Below, piece after piece: positions 58,196-64,000 of a stretch of DNA of 64,000 bases. The DNA comes from Eledone cirrhosa. Taxonomy: Eukaryota. Made by a program: the position numbers and the translations under genes. The DNA lies in NCBI GenBank assembly GCA_964016885.1, contig OZ024760.1, positions 5,208,001 to 5,272,000 on the forward strand. The letters are read 5' to 3'. Position 1 is the stretch's first letter, and each line of letters opens with the position of its first letter. The notes under the pieces were generated by a model that worked only from the letters and a program-made list of their open reading frames with translations, was not told where the DNA came from and searched no databases.

Positions 58196-58710
58196 CACAC
58201 ACATATATATATATATATATACATACACAAATATATATATGTAGAGGCAGAATGGAAATTCTTAGACATCCATTGGAGATATTCCAAAAAAGCAGCCATG
58301 GTTTTTGGCTGTAGGTAGAGTGATGATGTAAATTGAACAAGATATTTATGGTACATCAACAACATCAACAACACCTGTAACATCACAACACCCGACAACA
58401 ACACCCCCGACAACACCCCCGACAACATGAACAGCAACAACAACACCCTCGACAACATGTATATCAACAACAATACCCCCAACATCAATACCAGCACCAC
58501 CCCGAAAACAACACCCCCAACAATAATACCTCCAACACCACCCCCAAAACATACCTCCAACACCACCCCTCTAACATCAATACCAACACCACCCCCAAAA
58601 CAACACCCCCAACAACAATACCTCCAGCACCACCCCCAAAACAACACCCCCAACATCAATACCAACACCACCCCCAAAACAACACCCCCAACATCAATAG
58701 CAACACTCCA
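57690..58710. repeat. (TA)/(CA) compound microsatellite followed by CAA/CAC/CCC-rich minisatellite (58355-58710)
   Basis: Directly visible. Confidence 0.85.
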
Positions 58711-60929
58711 AAAAACAACAGATGGTGGTCTTGATATTGGAGTTGTGGTTGTACTGTTGATGCTGTTGGTGATGTTGTTGGGAGGAGGTGGGATTTGAAC
58801 TCAAAATACACAGAACCGGAACAGATTCCACAAAAAAAAAACATCCCACACCTTTCTAACAATTCTGCCAATCTCCCACCCATGGACTGTGATTGAATTT
58901 ATTGACTCTGAAAAAAATGTGCAGGTGGCCGGGCATTCAACTGACATGTGTAGCCTTAACCTGTTGACTGCCATGTATATTTTACACAGCTACAGTTGCT
59001 GTGCTGGGGTTTTTTTTTCAGTGAAATTATTATTTTTTTTAAACAAACATTTATTAACAACACATATCTGAATGATTGACATACATCACATTAATAAACT
59101 AGTAACCCCATCTAGCTTTGAATTTATGAACTGCTGGAAACGAGTTCATAACTTTGAAGTTATGAACTGTTGGAAACAATTTCATAACTTTGAAGTTATG
59201 AATTGTTGGAAAAGAGTTCAAACATGTTAGGACGAGTTATCTCGTCTGTGGCTCTGGAATGTATATATGTTAGGGTGAATTATCTCATCTATGGCACTGA
59301 AGCGGTCAATGTAGTTCTCGAGGAGATTCTGCGCAACCCAGAGTATGACAAGGCTGGCCCTTCAAAATACAACTCATTTTTTCCACAGTGAATGGAGTGG
59401 AGTATCATTGTTGTTTTTACAACCATTTTCCAACAATTCTATGGGTTGGACAGGTCTTTTTCAGCACAGCATCTCTCTACTTGTCATGTTCCTTCATCCT
59501 CTCCTCTATGAGTCTCAGCAATCTGAGTTTGAGATCAGCTCTCACCACCTCTTCTCGGGTCAGGCTGATTTTTCGTGTACTTTCATGTAAAAAAATAAAA
59601 GTGTATACCTAAATATATATATAAATGGTCCCATAACTCCTGATAGAGTTGTAGGGGCACCATATTGACATACAGCATTTCTTAGGCACTTTTAAGCCTG
59701 GCAGAGCCCATCCCTCTCCAGGCCAGAGTACAGCATATTTCTTCCAGAGAAAGATAGAAAGTGAGAGAGAGGAAATGAGTAAGAGATATAGAGGAAGAAT
59801 CCACCCCAGTACTAGACTGGTACTTTTTTTATCAACCTCAAAAGGTGAAAGGTAAAGTTGACCTCGGCGGGATTAGAACTCAGAGAACAGAGAGCTGGAA
59901 CGAATTCCATAAAGCATTCTATCCGACATTCTACCAACTCTGCCAATTCGCCACCTCACCTAATTATATACTAAAGTTCAATTCCTGGTGAATTCCTCTT
60001 AAACCCAATTTCTCCCTCATTTCAGCCAGGCTCTGCCTTTCTTTCACATTTACATTGCACATCCAATGTGAAATAAATAAATAGTCTTACTCAAGGACAC
60101 AATGAGCCCAGGAATCGATCTCATGATCTTACGATCATGAATCAAACGGCCTAACCACTAAGCCACAAACCGTCACAATACCAGTGATACGCTGTGGTTA
60201 ATAATATACACATTCCTGTAATCCAATGTTTGTAATATAGAATCATTGTGACAGGTCAATTAAAGATATGTTTACAAGACACAACAAAACAAAACAGTGA
60301 CTGTAATAATATATTGTTTCTTGAAGCAATCAATAAACACACACAGACACACACACATACATACATATATACATGTTATACTGGACTGCCTGGAGTCATG
60401 TCTGTTCTTTCTGTGATCCAGTTATATTGATTATCATCATTATTGTTATCATTATTGTTATTATTGTTATTATCATTATTATTATTTGAATTGTGTATAG
60501 TTACTGCATTACCGAGCACAGCTGTGTGTGCCTTGGGTATGTGCAGTGTAGTTTTTGGTGGCGTTTTTTCTATTGTATTGATAGTAATTTTTGTAATATG
60601 TGTGCAATTCCTAGAAGTGCTATCTTTTGTATACTGTATATATTTGTAAGTCCTGGGGTTTTGGCTATTATTATAGGTATCGTTTCGGTTTTCATTTTCC
60701 ACATTCGAGTTATTTTTATCTCTAGAACTTTATATTATAAACAAAAACACAGACACACACAGACACACACAGACACCTGGACACACAGGCACAGACACCT
60801 GGACACACAGACAGACACCTGGATGTAACAAATGCCCAAACCAAGCTCACAATGCATAAAAACAAGATGGCGTAGGACAGCACGGAGGAGAGACACAAAA
60901 TAAGAAATCAGTCAATGAAGAGGTCACAG

Positions 60930-61275
60930 AATGTGTGACAAAAGAGCTTTGACAATATTTCGATTTCCATGTGTCTAACACACGTGGACATGCCCACAAA
61001 GTAAGAAAACAGCACAGTTCCCATGACTTTCGGAAACATCTTTTCACGCTCAGAGTTGCTGAAGCATGGAACAAACTACCTGCATCAATTGTTAGCTGTC
61101 GAGACACTGCATCCTTTAAGGCCTCCATGCTTCCCGAGATCCGCCAACAGAACAGCTAACACATACACACATGTACTTCCCTGACATTTGTGTATTATTC
61201 TATGTACTATATTGACGAGTTGTAGTGCACCTGAGCACTTTACACAATAATTTTATTATTATTATTATTATTATA
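60930..61275 (+). mobile_element. CR1-like LINE 3' fragment
   Basis: NTRGHAHKVRKQHSSHDFRKHLFTLRVAEAWNKLPASIVSCRDTASFK, the CR1-type TRGH..RV..WN.LP C-terminus; (ATT)n tail. Confidence 0.78.
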
Positions 61276-61584
61276 AACAACCATCCGGTTATCGAACTAA
61301 CCAACCAACCGAAAATCTATAATAAATTGAAGTGAAAACCAACAGGTGTGTGTATTTTTATTGGCAGCATGACCCTACCAAAGTATAACAATATATATAT
61401 AAATATATATACACACACACACACATACACACACACTCATTTATACAAGATGCATTTTTAAGCCATCTTTCATGCTAAATGTGTGTGTGTGTAAGTACAT
61501 ACATACATATAGGTGGGTCTGTCTATATACATATACATGGGTGAATTCCAATATCAACAAAGATGTAAAAGTAATTATAATTAC

Positions 61585-61703
61585 CTGTTAATCCAGGTAA
61601 AAGAATAACTGTAGGACGTTTTTCTGAGTCCGGGTGGACTGTGTTTTGATTTTCTAACCAATCTATCTGAATGCGACCACCATCTCGGGTTTTTAAGATT
61701 TCA
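61585..61703 (-). CDS. ABHD3: ABHD1/ABHD3-like hydrolase, first exon visible in window (EILKTRDGGRIQIDWLENQ...RPTVILLPGLT)
   Basis: ttttcag acceptor and gtaatt donor; 119 nt; DGG..I.DW and PTVILLPGLTG motifs of the ABHD1/2/3 (YheT) family. Upstream exons not found in window. Confidence 0.88.
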
Positions 61704-61741
61704 CTGAAAAGAGAAGGATTTTATTTAAAATAAAAATACCC

Positions 61742-62656
61742 TGTGCGTGTGTCTGTATGTATGTGTATGTATGTGTGTGTATGTATGTGTGTGTGTCTAT
61801 GTGTGTGTGTGTCTGTATATATGTGTATGTATGTGTGTGTATGTATGTGTGTGTGTCTGTATATAGGTGTATGTATGTATGTATGTGTGTGTATGTATAT
61901 ATGTGTATGTATGTGTGTGTATGTATGTGTGTGTGTCTATGTGCGTGTGTCTGTATATATGTGTATGTATGTGTGTGTATGTATGTGTGTGTGTCTGTAT
62001 ATGTGTGTATGTATGTGTGTGTGTCTATGTGTGTGTGTCTGTATATATGTGTATGTATGTGTGGGTGTCTATGTGTGTGTGTGTCTGTATATATGTGTAT
62101 GTATGTGTGTGTGTCTGTATATATGTGTATGTATGTGTGTGTGTCTATGTGTGTGTGTGTCTGTATATATGTGTATGTATGTGTGTGTGTGTATGTATGT
62201 GTGTCTATGTGTGTGTGTCTATGTGTGTGTGTGTCTGTATATATGTGTATGTATGTATGTGTATGTGTGTGTGTCTGTGTGTGTGTGTCTGTATATATGT
62301 GTATGTATGTGTGTGTGTCTATGTGTGTGTGTGTGTATGTATATATGTGTATGTATGTGTGTGTATGTATGTGTGTGTGTCTATGTGTGTGTGTGTCTGT
62401 ATATATGTGTATGTGTGTGTATGTATGTGTGGGTGTCTATGTGTGTGTATGTCTGTATATATGTGTATGTGTGTGTGTGTCTGTATATATGTGTGTGTAT
62501 GTATGTGTGTGTGTCTATGTGTGTGTGTGTCTGTATATATGTGTATGTATGTGTGTGTGTGTCTGTATATATGTGTATGTATGTGTGTGTGTCTATGTGT
62601 GTGTGTGTGTCTGTATATATGTGTATGTATGTGTGTGTGTGTCTATGCGTGTGTGA
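61742..62656. repeat. (GT)n/(GTAT)n/(GTCT) compound array just upstream of an ABHD acceptor
   Basis: Directly visible. Confidence 0.9.
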
Positions 62657-63102
62657 ACACAGCAGATTTTTTTTCTATAGAGGAAAAAATTGACCCACTA
62701 CTGGACTGGTATTTTTTTTTTTTATTGACCTCGAAAGTATGAAAGGCAAAGTGGACCCCAGCAGGATTTGAACTCTGGGCCTGCAATGGGGTGGGACGAA
62801 TACCATAAAGTATTCTAGCCGACATCTCAATGGCTGTCAATTCTCAAAATATTGTTCTCAAAATAAGTGACATCAAAATCTCATAGATTCGATGTGGAGT
62901 GTCTATGGAAGCCCAGAAACACCAGAAATCAAAGTAGTGCCCAATGCATGATGGGATGCAGAGTTGGTATATTTAAGGAAGAAAATATTCGATCATGAAC
63001 TCCTATGGTTTCTGAAGACACTCGTCTGTGTGAAGTCACAAACAGAAACTGTAGGAGCTCATGGTTGAATATTTCCTTCCTAAATATATATCTAGATATA
63101 TA

Positions 63103-63280
63103 TACCATATATACTTGAATATAAGCCAAGGAATATATAACCAAAATAATCAATGGTAAAATACGTCATCTAAACATTGTGTTGATTAGCTGCCTCAGCT
63201 TATAAATAGGGTTTGAATTTTTGCCCATTTCTCAGACATAAAGTAGGGGCCAGATGACTTATATTCGAGTATATATGGTA
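63103..63280. mobile_element. Tc2-like MITE
   Basis: TA|CCATATATACTTGAATATAAG...CTTATATTCGAGTATATATGG|TA. Confidence 0.75.
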
Positions 63281-63569
63281 AATCTAAATATATATATATA
63301 GTTAAAAAAATAAAAATTTAAATTTTGGTTTTCGCTCTAACATAGCGAATATGTAAATTTATCCATGAGCTTTATAACAAATAATAATAATATTCGATTT
63401 GTTTGCCAGCAAACAGCCTCATTGTGCTATGTATTTTAGATGTGACACAGAGAAACAACAGGATGGCGTGGGTCATCTAAAAAGCATAGCGTAATGAAGC
63501 TGTTTGCTTGCAAATGAAATGAATATTATTATTATTCAATATAAAACTCACGAATATATATATATATAT

Positions 63570-63915
63570 CATTTCCTTCATTTCATTTCATTTTACGTCC
63601 GTTTTCCCCTGCTTGCAAGGGTGGGGCGGGAACTGATTCAGGCTTGATCTCTACAGCTGGATGCCCTTCCTAACACCAACCTCATTTACAGTGAGTGCTG
63701 GGTGCTTTTTTGCCGTGGCACCTCCACGACCACTTTGCAGTGGAATGATAGGGACCCCAGTCCCTATCATCTCATTTCTACAGCTGAGTAAACTGGAGCA
63801 ATGTGAAATAAAGTGTCTTGCTCAAGGAAACAACACATCACCCGGTCTGAGAATTGAACTCACAACCTTTCGATTGCAAGGCCAATGCTCTAACCACTAA
63901 GACATGTGCCTCCAT
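63570..63915 (-). mobile_element. CORE-type SINE family B copy
   Basis: Reverse complement of 36265-36660 (lacking one internal duplication). Confidence 0.87.
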
Positions 63916-64000
63916 ATATATATATAGTTAGGGTAGTAGAGTGGGTAATAGGAAAAGAGTTAGGACCCACATGGCTGAGCTCCGGTGTGTAAGTGTGCGT

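Noticed and set aside
62929-63153. Possible upstream ABHD exon
   Set aside because: No similarity to the expected ABHD N-terminal sequence; overlaps a hairpin and a MITE.

Overview
AT-rich, microsatellite-saturated animal genomic DNA. The repeat content suggests a mollusc, probably an octopus, but this is inference only. There are two host genes, both on the minus strand. The first is an intronless-CDS Olig-family bHLH transcription factor (652-3099) swollen to 815 aa by in-frame Pro/Ser/His/Gln/Thr repeats. The second is the last eight coding exons of an ABHD1/ABHD3-like alpha/beta-hydrolase (33632-61703). I assembled it by hand from splice sites; all phases are consistent, the Ser-Asp-His triad is intact, and the 5' exons lie beyond the window. 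The remainder is decayed RTE-clade and CR1-like LINEs, two tRNA-derived SINE families, piggyBac-, Tc1/mariner- and hAT-type MITEs, and large (TA)n-based arrays. Most ORFs in the supplied track are repeat artefacts. The most notable unexplained structure is a dispersed set of about ten type-I hammerhead-ribozyme motifs in several families, one with a ~115-nt stem II. Many lie in fold-back palindromes next to (TA)n, and a duplicated Penelope-type GIY-YIG fragment is also present, pointing to Penelope-like pLTR/retrozyme-type elements. Some are in sense orientation downstream of the Olig stop and in ABHD introns. The ABHD gene also has tandemly amplified splice sites: four extra copies of the donor right after the catalytic-serine motif, and extra copies of a branch-point/acceptor.
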